From positions 1,500-65,499 of the forward strand of contig JAFYOP010000001.1 in assembly GCA_017547885.1 (NCBI GenBank): a stretch of DNA of 64,000 nt. Reading direction: 5' to 3'. Shown here one piece after another: positions 52,556 to 62,242 of the stretch; positions within the stretch are counted from its first letter, which is position 1; every line of letters starts with the position of its first letter. Below the pieces are notes generated by a model. That model did not search any database and was not told the origin of the DNA. It was given only the letters and a program-made list of their open reading frames with translations. The DNA is from Clostridia bacterium. Lineage in GTDB: Bacteria > Bacillota > Clostridia > Christensenellales > CAG-138. The translations under genes and the position numbers were made by a program.

Positions 52556-53824
52556 TTACTTCTCCAATTCTGCAAGTGCTCTGTGTCCTATATCGCGGCG
52601 GAAATACGCGCCTTCAAAGCTGATATTCCCAACCATCCTGTACGCTTCTGCCACGGCCCTGTCAAGGGTGGGGGCGGTTGCCGTTACGCCCAGCACTCTG
52701 CCGCCGCCTGTTACAAGGCCATCCTCTGTGACCTTTGCGCCGGCCACATAGGTGTGTGCCCTGGCCTCGTCATCCATGCGAATGGCAAAGCCTGTGGGGT
52801 ATTTACCGGGATAGCCGCCGGAGGCCATTACCACGCAGCAGGCACACTCATCGCTGAACTCAACCACGGTGTCCTTAAGGGTGCCGTTGGTCACGGCCTG
52901 CATAACTGTGAGCAGGTCGCTCTTAAGCAAGGGCAGTACTACCTGAGTCTCGGGATCACCGAAACGGCAATTATACTCGATAACCTTGGGGCCGTCCTTG
53001 GTTATCATAAGGCCAAAGTACAGACAGCCCTTGAAGGTGCGTCCTTCAGCCTTCATTGCCCTGATGGTGGGCAGGAATATCTCATCCATGCAGCGGGCGG
53101 CAACCTCATGGGTATAGAAGGGATTGGGGGCTATGGTGCCCATACCGCCGGTGTTGAGGCCGGTGTCTCCCTCCCCTGCCCGCTTGTGATCCATGGAGGA
53201 TACCATGGGAACTACTGTTTCGCCATCCGTAAAGCTAAGGACAGATACCTCGGGTCCGGTGAGGAACTCCTCGATTACAACGCGGCTGCCGCTTTCGCCG
53301 AATATCTTGTCCTGCATCATGGAGGATACAGCCTCCATGGCCTCCTCACGGGTCTCGGCGATTATAACGCCCTTGCCAAGGGCAAGACCGTCCGCCTTTA
53401 TTACCACGGGAATAGGGCTGGTCTTAAGGTATTCCTTGGCGGATTCAGCGTCGGTGAATATCTCGTATGCGGCGGTGGGGATATTGTATTTTTTCATAAG
53501 GTTCTTGGCAAAGGCCTTGCTGCTCTCTATAATGGCAGCTGCCTTGTCAGGGCCAAAGCAGGGTATGCCGGCCTGTGTCAGGGCGTCAACGGCGCCCATC
53601 GCCAGGGGATCGTCAGGGGCTACCACGGCGTAGTCTATTGCATTCGCCTTGGCAAATTCCACCTGAGCCGGGATATCCTTCGCGCCAATGGCAACACACT
53701 CAGCGTCCATGGCAATGCCGCCGTTGCCGGGCAGGCAGTATATCTTTTCAACAGTGGGATTCTTTTTCAGCGCCTTGACGAGGGCGTGTTCCCTTCCGCC
53801 GCCGCCAATTACCATTATTCGCAC
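52556..53824 (-). CDS. purD: Phosphoribosylamine--glycine ligase
   Basis: Track ORF 52556..53884. Start set at GTG 53824, 8 nt after GGAGG (VRIMVIGGGGREHA). ATG 53815 is the alternative. Confidence 0.9.
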   Translation of the reverse strand: MRIMVIGGGGREHALVKALKKNPTVEKIYCLPGNGGIAMDAECVAIGAKDIPAQVEFAKANAIDYAVVAPDDPLAMGAVDALTQAGIPCFGPDKAAAIIESSKAFAKNLMKKYNIPTAAYEIFTDAESAKEYLKTSPIPVVIKADGLALGKGVIIAETREEAMEAVSSMMQDKIFGESGSRVVIEEFLTGPEVSVLSFTDGETVVPMVSSMDHKRAGEGDTGLNTGGMGTIAPNPFYTHEVAARCMDEIFLPTIRAMKAEGRTFKGCLYFGLMITKDGPKVIEYNCRFGDPETQVVLPLLKSDLLTVMQAVTNGTLKDTVVEFSDECACCVVMASGGYPGKYPTGFAIRMDDEARAHTYVAGAKVTEDGLVTGGGRVLGVTATAPTLDRAVAEAYRMVGNISFEGAYFRRDIGHRALAELEK

Positions 53825-53850
53825 TTTTGTTTCCTCCCGTATATTGATCT

Positions 53851-55029
53851 TTAGTGGTGGAACAGACGCATGCCGGTAAAGCACATTGCCATATCGTACT
53901 TGTTGGCGGTCTCTATAACGTTATCGTCACGGATGGAGCCGCCGGGCTGTGCGATGTACTTAACGCCGCTCTTCCTTGCCCGCTCTACGTTATCGCCAAA
54001 GGGGAAGAATGCATCGCTGCCAACGGTTACGCCGCTCTGGGTGGCTATCCATGCCTTCTTTTCCTCAGCGGTGAGGGGCTCGGGGCGGAACTTGAATACG
54101 TTCTGCCATGCGCCGTCGGCAAGTATGTCTTCATATTCGTCGGAAATGTAGATGTCTATGGCGTTGTCCCTGTCGGGGCGGCGAACGTCATCCACGAAGG
54201 GCAGTGCCAATACCTTGGGATTCTGGCGGAGATACCAGTTATCCGCCTTGCCGCCTGCGAGACGGGTGCAGTGTATGCGACTCTGCTGGCCTGCGCCGAT
54301 GCCTATGGCCTGTCCGTCCTTAACGTAGCAAACGGAATTGGACTGAGTGTACTTAAGGGTGATGAGAGACACGATCATGTCGATCTTTGCCTCGGGGGAA
54401 AGCTCCTTGTTTTCGGTTACGATGTTTTCAAGGAGGGATTCGTCTATTTTGAAGTTGTTATGACCCTGCTCAAAGGTGATGCCGAATACATCCTTGCACT
54501 CCTGCTCGGCGGGTACATAGTTGGGGTCTATCCGGACGATATTGTATGCGCCCTTCTTTTTGGTCTTGAGAATCTCAAGGGCTTCGTCGGTATAACCGGC
54601 GGCGATAACGCCGTCGGATACTTCAAGCTTAAGGTAGTTGGCGGTATCCGCATCGCATACGTCGGAAAGGGCTGCCCAGTCACCAAAGGAGCAGAGCCTA
54701 TCGGCGCCTCTTGCCTTGATGTAGGCGCAGGCTATGGGAGAAAGCTCCTTGTCGCTTTCTACGAAGTAAATCTTCTTTTCCACATCGCTTAAGGGAGTGC
54801 CCACTGCGGCGCCTGCGGGGGATACGTGCTTGAAGGAAGCTGCGGAAGGAATGCCGGTGGCTTCCTTAAGCTCCTTTACCAGCTGATAGGAGTTGAATGC
54901 GTCCAGAAAGTTGATGAAGCCGGGCTTGCCGTTGAGCACCTCTATGGGCAGCTCGCTTCCGTCCTTCATGTATATGCTTGCAGGCTTCTGATTGGGGTTG
55001 CAGCCGTATTTAAGTTCGAATTTTTCCAT
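53851..55029 (-). CDS. purH: AICAR formyltransferase (stand-alone AICARFT domain, no MGS/IMPCH domain)
   Basis: 392-aa ORF starting LKYGCNPNQ. Motifs SFKHVSPAGAA, GIGAGQQSRI and VGSDAFFPF. Confidence 0.85.
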   Translation of the reverse strand: MEKFELKYGCNPNQKPASIYMKDGSELPIEVLNGKPGFINFLDAFNSYQLVKELKEATGIPSAASFKHVSPAGAAVGTPLSDVEKKIYFVESDKELSPIACAYIKARGADRLCSFGDWAALSDVCDADTANYLKLEVSDGVIAAGYTDEALEILKTKKKGAYNIVRIDPNYVPAEQECKDVFGITFEQGHNNFKIDESLLENIVTENKELSPEAKIDMIVSLITLKYTQSNSVCYVKDGQAIGIGAGQQSRIHCTRLAGGKADNWYLRQNPKVLALPFVDDVRRPDRDNAIDIYISDEYEDILADGAWQNVFKFRPEPLTAEEKKAWIATQSGVTVGSDAFFPFGDNVERARKSGVKYIAQPGGSIRDDNVIETANKYDMAMCFTGMRLFHH

Positions 55030-55041
55030 TGTGCTTCTCCT

Positions 55042-55752
55042 TTAGCGGTTCTTGTTGAGTATGCGCTGCTGAGTTTCGCCGGTCTTAAGGTTGGTATAGC
55101 GCACAAAGAGGGAGATCTTGTTATCCTGATTCAGATTGTCCCACAGCAGGGCGGTAAATTCATCGATATCGCCGCTGATGGCTACCCGCTCAGGCTCACC
55201 GGTGAAGGTGGGGATGGGATCGCCGTCGCATACGTAGGTATGCAGGAAACGGCCCTGACCCTTGATGGCGGGATACTCAAAGAAAATGCGGGCACATGCG
55301 CTGCCTTCGGGATCTGCGGACTTGAGGATGGACATTTTATAGCTTCCATCGGGACACAGCAGGCCGGAAATGCGGGGGGTCCAGTTGGGGCCGTCCGGCT
55401 CAAACTCGCGGGTTCTGAGAGCCTGCTCCAGAGTTTCGCCCCGCTCCATAAAGTCACGGATGGTATCGGTCTGGTCGCCGTTGGTCACGATAAGGCTGCG
55501 GCCCATCTCACGTACGGGATGATAGATGATGAGGCTGGGGTCAGACAGCTTGGAAGGGTCGAATGCCTCGGTGCGGATACCGTCGGGTTCTTCCACAAAT
55601 ACGCGGTTGCGGCTGTTTACGCTGCGGCCCATGATAAAGTAGGCGGCAACTGCGGTTTCGCCGTCCTCAGAGGTGCCGAGGATTATGCCGCGGCCGGGAT
55701 AGGTGTTGTCCTTGAGAAGGAATGCTATATCATAAGTTTCATATACGTTCAT
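55042..55752 (-). CDS. IMP cyclohydrolase, PurO-like family
   Basis: Track ORF 55042..55776, start set at ATG 55752 after AAGAGG. Start YPGRGIILGTSEDG..AAYFIMGRS matches the PurO-type IMP cyclohydrolase family. Confidence 0.75.
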   Translation of the reverse strand: MNVYETYDIAFLLKDNTYPGRGIILGTSEDGETAVAAYFIMGRSVNSRNRVFVEEPDGIRTEAFDPSKLSDPSLIIYHPVREMGRSLIVTNGDQTDTIRDFMERGETLEQALRTREFEPDGPNWTPRISGLLCPDGSYKMSILKSADPEGSACARIFFEYPAIKGQGRFLHTYVCDGDPIPTFTGEPERVAISGDIDEFTALLWDNLNQDNKISLFVRYTNLKTGETQQRILNKNR

Positions 55753-55756
55753 TGGT

Positions 55757-56371
55757 TTAACCTCTTTCTTCTGCAATGCTGCGGCTCACAAGCTCTGCCG
55801 CCCTGGGCAGCAGTATCCATTCCGCCTGCTCCATAACACGCCTCTGCAAAGTCTGAGGTGTGTCGTCGTCCATTACTTCCACGACCTTCTGGAATATTAT
55901 CCTGCCGCCGTCGGGTATCTCGTTTACAAAGTGTACGGTGGCGCCTGTCACCTTTACGCCCCGCTCAAGGGCAGCCTCATGGACCTTAAGGCCGTAATAG
56001 CCCTTGCCGGCAAAGGCGGGAATAAGGGCGGGATGCACGTTGATGATGCGCTCCGGCCAGCGGGAAGTAAAGCTTTCGCTGAGAATGCTCATAAAGCCCG
56101 CAAGTATGATAAAGTCGATATTATACTCACTGAGCAGTGCGGATATGCCCGCTTCAAATGCTTCCTGAGAGCCTGCTTCTTTGCGGTTTACCACCCTGCC
56201 GTCCACCCCGGCGTTTTTGGCCCGCTCAAGGGCATAAGCGCCATGCTGAGAGGAGATAACAAGGCATATTTCACCATGGGCAAGCTCCCCGCGGCTCTGA
56301 CTGTCGAGCAATGCCTGAAGGTTGGTGCCGCCGCCGGATACCAGCACCGCTATGCGAGCCTTCTTTAGCAT
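55757..56371 (-). CDS. purN: Phosphoribosylglycinamide formyltransferase
   Basis: 204-aa ORF. Motifs IAVLVSGGGTNLQAL, LAGFM and NVHPALIP. Confidence 0.9.
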   Translation of the reverse strand: MLKKARIAVLVSGGGTNLQALLDSQSRGELAHGEICLVISSQHGAYALERAKNAGVDGRVVNRKEAGSQEAFEAGISALLSEYNIDFIILAGFMSILSESFTSRWPERIINVHPALIPAFAGKGYYGLKVHEAALERGVKVTGATVHFVNEIPDGGRIIFQKVVEVMDDDTPQTLQRRVMEQAEWILLPRAAELVSRSIAEERG

Positions 56372-57408
56372 AATTCCACCTTTTCCTCGCCCTTGACCAC
56401 TTCGCCAAGAACATATGCGTCAATGCCGTTTGCCTTGAAGGAAGCGATTGCCTTATCACAGTCTTCCTTTGCGGCAACAACAGCCATGCCAACGCCCATG
56501 TTGTAGGTGTTGAACATATCCCTCTCGGGTATATTGCCGAGGCGCTCTATCATATCGAATATGGGCAGGGTGCGGATAGCGGCCTTGTCCACCTTTGCGC
56601 AGAGGCCGTCAGGCATGCAGCGGGGAATGTTTTCGTAAAAACCGCCGCCGGTGATATGGCTTACGGCGCTTATGCGAGCCTCCTTCATGGCGGCCAGCAC
56701 AGGCTTTACATACAGCTCGGTGGGGGTTAGCAGTGCTTCGCCAAGGGTCATGCCCAGCTCAGCGTGATATACATCCAGTCCGCCGTTTTCCACATCGAAC
56801 ACCTTGCGTACAAGGGAGAAGCCGTTGGAATGTACGCCGGAGGAGGGCAGAGCGATTATGACATCGCCTTCGCACATGGACTCGGGGTCGATGATATCCG
56901 CCTTGTCCACGATACCTACGGAGAAGCCCGCAAGGTCGTAATCGTCAGCGGCCATAACGCCGGGGTGCTCTGCGGTCTCGCCGCCGATAAGGGCACATCC
57001 GGAGCGCACGCAGCCTTCGGCTACGCCGGATACTATATCCGCTACCTTTACGGGGTCATTTTTGCCGATGGCGATGTAATCCAGGAAAAACAGGGGCTTT
57101 GCGCCGCAGCAGATAATATCGTTTACGCACATGGCAACGCAGTCGATACCGATGGTGTCGTGCTTGTCCAGCAGCTGGGCAATGCGGATCTTGGTGCCCA
57201 CGCCGTCGGTGCCGGATACCAGCACAGGCTCCTTCATGCCGGCGATGTCAGGCTGAAACAGGCCGCCAAAGCCGCCTATGCCGGACACTACGCCGGGGAT
57301 AACGGTGCGTTTAACGTGCTTCTGCATGAGCTTTACGCCTTCATAGCCTGCGGTGATGTCAACGCCGGCTGCGGCGTAGGAAGCGGAGTAGGATTTATCT
57401 TTATTCAT
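56365..57408 (-). CDS. purM: Phosphoribosylformylglycinamidine cyclo-ligase
   Basis: Track ORF 56365..57462, start set at ATG 57408 (MNKDKSYSASYAAAGVDI). Motifs DGVGTK, GGETAEHPG and HSNGFSL. Confidence 0.95.
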   Translation of the reverse strand: MNKDKSYSASYAAAGVDITAGYEGVKLMQKHVKRTVIPGVVSGIGGFGGLFQPDIAGMKEPVLVSGTDGVGTKIRIAQLLDKHDTIGIDCVAMCVNDIICCGAKPLFFLDYIAIGKNDPVKVADIVSGVAEGCVRSGCALIGGETAEHPGVMAADDYDLAGFSVGIVDKADIIDPESMCEGDVIIALPSSGVHSNGFSLVRKVFDVENGGLDVYHAELGMTLGEALLTPTELYVKPVLAAMKEARISAVSHITGGGFYENIPRCMPDGLCAKVDKAAIRTLPIFDMIERLGNIPERDMFNTYNMGVGMAVVAAKEDCDKAIASFKANGIDAYVLGEVVKGEEKVELC

Positions 57409-57415
57409 GGCTTGG

Positions 57416-58840
57416 TTATTCCTTTCCGGTCCAGCAGTAGGTGCAGACCTTGTCCGGGTCAATGCCTATGGCCTTGAGCAGGCCGTCCAGGGACTGATAA
57501 ACAAGGGTATTGAATCCAAGTTTTTCGCAGATGGCCTTGCGCATGCACTTTCCTCGCTCGGTGGAGGGGTCCGCGTATTCGTCCACATGTTCCTGGCCCA
57601 TGTTGCCCTCAAGCTCCTGTATTACCCTGCGGGACAGCAGATCCATATCGGAATTGCTGCGGGAGAAGTTAAGGTACTTGCAGGCATACATTATAGGAGG
57701 GCAGGCGGAGCGCATATGAACTTCCTTTGCGCCGCTGTCGTAGAGAAACTCTACGGTGCCCTGAAGCTGTGTGCCGCGCACTATGGAGTCGTCAAGGAAC
57801 AGCAGTTTTCTGTCCTTTATAAGGGCACTTACGGGTATCTGCTTCATCTTGGCAACCTGGCTGCGCACGTCCTGATTGGCGGACATAAAGGAACGAGGCC
57901 AGGTGGGGGTGTATTTTATGAAGGGGCGGGCAAAGGGCTTGCCGCTGCGGTTGGCGTAGCCTATTGCGTGGGGGAGACCGGAATCCGGCATGCCTGCCAC
58001 CCAGTCCACATCCGGAATAGTACCTTGCTCCATTTCCATTTCTGCCATTATGGAGCCGTTTTTGTAGCGCATTACTTCTACGTTTATGCCTTCATAGCAG
58101 GAATTGGGATAGCCAAAGTAGCTCCAAAGGAAGGAACATATACGCATTTCCTTGCCTGCAGGGGCGAGACTTTGATAGCCATCAGCCGTCAGTTTTACTA
58201 TTTCGCCGGGGCCCAGCTCATAGGCATCGGCGTAGCCCAGCTTTTGATAGGCAAAGGATTCGAAGGATACACAGCATCCCTCGTCGTTTTGGCCGATGAG
58301 CACAGGCAGCCTGCCTACCTTGTCGCGGGCGGCGATTATTTCGCCTTTGTCATTGAGTATCAGCAGGGTAAGGGAGCCTTTTATCAACTCCTGCGCGTTG
58401 TGTATGCCGGATACTATGTCGTCCTTAAGGTTTATCAGCGCCGCAACCAGCTCGGTAGCGTTTACTGCGCCTGAGCTCATTGCCATAAACTGGCGGCCGT
58501 GGTCTGAGAAGTATTCTTTTATCAGTTCCTCGGCATTGTTTATGATGCCTACGGTGGTTATGGCATACAACCCCAGATGGGAACGCACCAGAAGGGGCTG
58601 GGGGTCGGTATCGCTTATGCAGCCTATGCCGCTCATGCCGCGGAAGTCGCTCAGGTCGTTTTCAAACTTGGTGCGGAAGGGAGTGCTCTCGATGTTGTGT
58701 ATCTGGCGCTTGAAGCCTGCTTCCTGATCGTATATGACCATTCCGCCCCGGCGTGCGCCCAGGTGAGAGTGATAGTCCACACCAAAGAAAATATCAAGCA
58801 CACAGTCCCTTTTGGAGACTGCTCCGAAGAAGCCGCCCAT
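57416..58840 (-). CDS. purF: Amidophosphoribosyltransferase
   Basis: 474-aa ORF. Ntn-type start MGGFFG. PRTase motif LLFLDDSIVRGTQ and a C-terminal Cys cluster. Confidence 0.9.
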   Translation of the reverse strand: MGGFFGAVSKRDCVLDIFFGVDYHSHLGARRGGMVIYDQEAGFKRQIHNIESTPFRTKFENDLSDFRGMSGIGCISDTDPQPLLVRSHLGLYAITTVGIINNAEELIKEYFSDHGRQFMAMSSGAVNATELVAALINLKDDIVSGIHNAQELIKGSLTLLILNDKGEIIAARDKVGRLPVLIGQNDEGCCVSFESFAYQKLGYADAYELGPGEIVKLTADGYQSLAPAGKEMRICSFLWSYFGYPNSCYEGINVEVMRYKNGSIMAEMEMEQGTIPDVDWVAGMPDSGLPHAIGYANRSGKPFARPFIKYTPTWPRSFMSANQDVRSQVAKMKQIPVSALIKDRKLLFLDDSIVRGTQLQGTVEFLYDSGAKEVHMRSACPPIMYACKYLNFSRSNSDMDLLSRRVIQELEGNMGQEHVDEYADPSTERGKCMRKAICEKLGFNTLVYQSLDGLLKAIGIDPDKVCTYCWTGKE

Positions 58841-59520
58841 TACGCAAAGAACAGCTTGGACAGAGTCATGGGATCTACGTATTCGCCGTCCTTGTAGACC
58901 CTCATATTGCCGGAAGCGATCTCGTCTATGAGCATAACGTTGCCTTCAGCATCGTAGCCGTACTCAAACTTGATATCGTAAAGCACAAGGCCCTTCTCAA
59001 GGAGGTCGTCAGCAACTATCTTGGTGATCTGCTGGGTCATGAGCTTCATGTCCTCATACTGCTCATCGCTCATAACGCCCAGAGCCACAAGGCCGTCCTT
59101 GGTTACAAGGGGATCGCCCAGTTCGTCGTTCTTGAAGGTGGTTTCAACGTAGGCGGGCAGGTCTGCGCCGGCTTCAATATACTGGCCATAGCGGCGGATA
59201 AAGCTGCCGACTGCCTTGTGGCGGCAGATGACCTCCAGACCCTGACCGAATACCTTGGCAGGGAGAACTTCCATGGTGGTGTTGTTCAGGTCTGCGCTGA
59301 CATAGTGGGTGCGGATACCTGCGGCGTTGATCTTCTCAAAGAAGTAGATGGACATGCGAAGGTTTACGTCGCCAACTCCGTCGATGGTGAGACCTACAGA
59401 GTTCTCGCCGGGATCGAATACGCCATCCTTGCCGGTGCAGTCGTCCTTGAACTTGAGCAGGTAGTTGCCGTTGTCCAGTGCATAAACGTCCTTGGTTTTT
59501 CCGGTGTAAACGTGTTTCAT
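58840..59520 (-). CDS. purC: Phosphoribosylaminoimidazole-succinocarboxamide synthase
   Basis: 226-aa ORF. Start YTGKTKDVY and motif LYDIKFEYG. Confidence 0.9.
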   Translation of the reverse strand: MKHVYTGKTKDVYALDNGNYLLKFKDDCTGKDGVFDPGENSVGLTIDGVGDVNLRMSIYFFEKINAAGIRTHYVSADLNNTTMEVLPAKVFGQGLEVICRHKAVGSFIRRYGQYIEAGADLPAYVETTFKNDELGDPLVTKDGLVALGVMSDEQYEDMKLMTQQITKIVADDLLEKGLVLYDIKFEYGYDAEGNVMLIDEIASGNMRVYKDGEYVDPMTLSKLFFA

Positions 59521-59564
59521 AATATAAATTTGACCTCCATTAAGGTTTTTAACGTGATTGGTGA

Positions 59565-60053
59565 TTAGTTGAAGCGTGCCATGGTCTCGGCGTCTGCCTT
59601 AAGCACGGCGGCGCGGCCCTCTTCACGGGCCCTGTTGAGCTTGTCCGCAAGGACGGGATCTGTGATTGCAAGCATTTCTATTGCAAGGAGGGCGGCGTTC
59701 TTTGCGCCGTCTACAGCCACGGTGGCAACGGGTATGCCTGAGGGCATCATAACGGTGGAAAGCAGAGCGTCCATGCCGTCAAAATTGGCGGATCTGCAGG
59801 GAATGCCGATTACAGGCAGGGTGGTGTTTGCGGCGAGAGCGCCTGCAAGATGGGCGGCCATGCCTGCGGCAGCTATGAGCACGCCAAAGCCCCTTTCCCG
59901 GGCAGCGGCGGCAAATTCCCTTGCCTCATCGGGGCAACGATGTGCGGACAATACCCGCACCTCGGTTTCCACGCCGTATTCTTTCAGCACCGCAATGGCT
60001 TTTTCCACTACGGGAAGATCGCTGGTGCTTCCCATGATGACTCCAACTTTCAT
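59565..60053 (-). CDS. purE: 5-(carboxyamino)imidazole ribonucleotide mutase
   Basis: 162-aa ORF after AAGGAGG. Motifs [24 protein letters not shown] and IGIP. Confidence 0.95.
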   Translation of the reverse strand: MKVGVIMGSTSDLPVVEKAIAVLKEYGVETEVRVLSAHRCPDEAREFAAAARERGFGVLIAAAGMAAHLAGALAANTTLPVIGIPCRSANFDGMDALLSTVMMPSGIPVATVAVDGAKNAALLAIEMLAITDPVLADKLNRAREEGRAAVLKADAETMARFN

Positions 60054-60083
60054 GTACTAACCTCCTTGAAGATTAAAAATTAA

Positions 60084-60203
60084 CAAACAAAAGGGCAACC
60101 CGATTCACATACTCAAATGAGAATCAGCTTGCCCAGGCGGTCGGCTTATTGCGTACGGTTCCCTTGTGGTAAGCCACTTCCGCCAGTAGCCGTACGAGTA
60201 GTA
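60084..60203 (-). promoter_or_regulatory. ZTP (pfl motif) riboswitch with a terminator expression platform, upstream of purE
   Basis: The minus strand reads CGUACGG-CUACUGGCGGAAGUGGCUUACCACAAGGGAA-CCGUACG-CAAUAAG-CCGACCGCCUGGGCA. This contains the conserved ACUGGCGGA, GUGG/CCAC and CCGACCGCCUGGGCA pseudoknot blocks. The GGGCA overlaps the 5' arm of terminator GGGCAAGCUGAUUC..GAAUCGGGUUGCCC-UUUUGUUUG. Confidence 0.9.
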
Positions 60204-60216
60204 TTCATCTGTAAAA

Positions 60217-60245
60217 ATTGTAGCAAAAACGGCACATTTAGTCAA
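60217..60245 (-). promoter_or_regulatory. Sigma-A-type promoter of the pur operon
   Basis: On the minus strand, TTGACT, a 17-bp spacer, then TACAAT, about 15 nt upstream of the riboswitch P1. Confidence 0.65.
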
Positions 60246-60323
60246 TGTGGCAGGGGACGATTTTGCGATATTGCGATATATTTTAAGGATTTTCACCAAA
60301 ACCAGCAGGGGCGGGAGACGGCA

Positions 60324-60359
60324 AAAAGAAAAAAAGGCCCTCCGCAAGAAGGGCCTTTT
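60324..60359 (-). terminator. Intrinsic terminator of the uracil permease gene
   Basis: On the minus strand, AAGGCCCT-TCTTGCGG-AGGGCCTT followed by TTTTTTCTTTTT. Confidence 0.8.
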
Positions 60360-60378
60360 GCAGTAATCCGCGCTTTGA

Positions 60379-61704
60379 TTATACCTTGAAGTTTACAGAG
60401 GTGGAGCCCTGCTCTTCCTGAGCAAAGTCATAGTCCTTGCCGGGCAGGATGGCGTTGAGCATGATGCCTACGATGGAGGCAACAGCCAGACCGGACAGGG
60501 AGGCGATGCCGATGGAGATGGAGCCGGCGGCGGAGTTTGCAATACCAAGGGCCAGCACCATGATGAGGGCGGCGATGATAACATTGCGGGAGGAGGTGAA
60601 GTCCACCTTGTTTTCAACGATGTTGCGTACGCCAACGGCGGAGATCATGCCGTAAAGCACAAGGGATACGCCGCCGATGGTGGCGGTGGGCATTACGGAG
60701 ATGAGGGCCGCAAACTTGGGGCTGAAGGAGAATACGATGGCAAGAACCGCGGCAATGCGGATCACGCGGGGGTCATATACCTTGGACAGGGCCAGAACGC
60801 CGGTGTTTTCGCCATAGGTGGTGTTGGCGGGGGCGCCGAAGAGGGATGCAAGAGCGGTGGCAAGGCCGTCGCCCAGCAGGGTGCGGTGGAAACCGGGATC
60901 CTCCATGAAGTTCTTTTCGCAGGTGGAGCTTATGGCGCAGATGTCGCCGATATGCTCTACCATGGTGGCGATGGAGAGGGGAGCGATGGTCAGAACCGCG
61001 GTGAGCAGCAGAGAGGTGTCAACTTCGCCTGCAAACAGGCCGAATACGGTGTTTTCAAACTGGAAGGGAGCGCCGATCCATGCGGCTTCCTTAACGGCGG
61101 TGAAATCAACCAGACCGCATACGGCAGCAACTACGTAGGATACTACAAAGCCCATCAGTATGGGGATGATCTTTATCATGCCCTTGCCCCAGATGTTGCA
61201 TACGATAACTACGGCTATTGCCAGTATGGCTATCCACCAGTTGGCAGCGCAGTTATTGATGGCGGAGGAGGACAGGGTCAGGCCGATGCAGATGATGATG
61301 GGGCCGGTAACGATGGGAGGGAAGAAGCGCATTACCTTCTTCATGCCGAATACCTTGAAGCAGGCTGCAAGGATTACGTACATGAGGCCGGCGATCATAA
61401 CGCCAAAGCAGGCATAGGGCAGCAGGTGAGCCTCGCCATTGGGGGCGATGGCAGCATAGCCGCCGATAAAGGCGAAGGAAGAGCCCAGGAATGCGGGAAC
61501 CTTGCCCTTGGCCAGGAAGTGGAACAGCAGAGTGCCGAGGCCTGCAAAGAGCAGTGTGGCGGAAACGCTGAGGCCGGTGAGGGCGGGAACCAGTACCGTT
61601 GCGCCGAACATGGCGAACATGTGCTGGAAGCCCAGTACGAACATTCTGGACTTGCCCAGAGTACGGGCGTCGTAAATGGCGCCGTTTACGGAGTTGTTGG
61701 ACAT
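60379..61704 (-). CDS. uraA: Uracil permease (NCS2 / uracil-xanthine permease family)
   Basis: 441-aa ORF after CAGGAGG. Close block-wise match to E. coli UraA: QHMFAMFGATVLVP, GKVPAFLGSSFAF and NTTYGENTGVLA. Confidence 0.8.
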   Translation of the reverse strand: MSNNSVNGAIYDARTLGKSRMFVLGFQHMFAMFGATVLVPALTGLSVSATLLFAGLGTLLFHFLAKGKVPAFLGSSFAFIGGYAAIAPNGEAHLLPYACFGVMIAGLMYVILAACFKVFGMKKVMRFFPPIVTGPIIICIGLTLSSSAINNCAANWWIAILAIAVVIVCNIWGKGMIKIIPILMGFVVSYVVAAVCGLVDFTAVKEAAWIGAPFQFENTVFGLFAGEVDTSLLLTAVLTIAPLSIATMVEHIGDICAISSTCEKNFMEDPGFHRTLLGDGLATALASLFGAPANTTYGENTGVLALSKVYDPRVIRIAAVLAIVFSFSPKFAALISVMPTATIGGVSLVLYGMISAVGVRNIVENKVDFTSSRNVIIAALIMVLALGIANSAAGSISIGIASLSGLAVASIVGIMLNAILPGKDYDFAQEEQGSTSVNFKV

Positions 61705-61967
61705 TGGGTAACCTCCTGTGAATGAATAATGTATAATTTATCTCCCCGAGCATGCATCGGGATACGATGCAGTCCGACAAAATTACGGACAAATCTTCAT
61801 TATACTACCACGGCAAGGGGGGATTCGCAACAATAAATTGAAGCTTTTTTATGGCATCAGCCCCTTAATTTACGCATGAATGACAGTACAAAATCCGATG
61901 GAAAAAATGGAATGGGAAGGGAGGGCAAACCTGTTGAAATAATAGAAAAAGACGGGCGGCAAAGGAG

Positions 61968-62153
61968 TAATTATCTATCCCCACCCGTCACCCTTTTAAT
62001 GTATATTCGCCTTACGGAGAAGAAAAAGGAGTATAAATTATATGTAAACCTGAAAAGCATGCACTGACATTATCCGGTGTCAGCGTAAGCTTATCCTTTT
62101 TTCCCGTAAGGGAAAAAGTACATTGAAGGGTGGAGGGAGGGAATAGATAATTA
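61968..62153. repeat. Family A quasi-palindromic element, copy A6
   Basis: Arms are TAATTATCTATCCCCACCCGTCACCCTTTTAATG and CATTGAAGGGTGGAGGGAGGGAATAGATAATTA. The right subterminal hairpin is CTTTTTTCCC-GTAA-GGGAAAAAG. Confidence 0.85.
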
Positions 62154-62179
62154 AAAAGCTCACTTTTTGCCAAAACCAC

Positions 62180-62208
62180 AAATTCGGCCTCCCATCGAGG
62201 CCGAATTT
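62180..62208 (-). terminator. Intrinsic terminator of serS
   Basis: AAATTCGGCCTC-CCATC-GAGGCCGAATTT. On the minus strand it is followed by TTTGTGGTTTTGG. Confidence 0.75.
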
Positions 62209-62242
62209 GGATAGCATATGTATGGTTTTTAATAGGTTATTT

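Noticed and set aside
61705-61870. A purine or PyrR-type leader upstream of the uracil permease. The segment CCGUAAUUUUGUCGGACU resembles the 3' half of a purine riboswitch, and UAUAAU lies nearby.
   Set aside because: The P2 half of the purine aptamer is missing, and the UAUAAU is better read as a -10 box. No PyrR binding loop (CCAGAGAGG-type) is present, and the hairpins lack a U-tract. Left as an uncharacterised leader.
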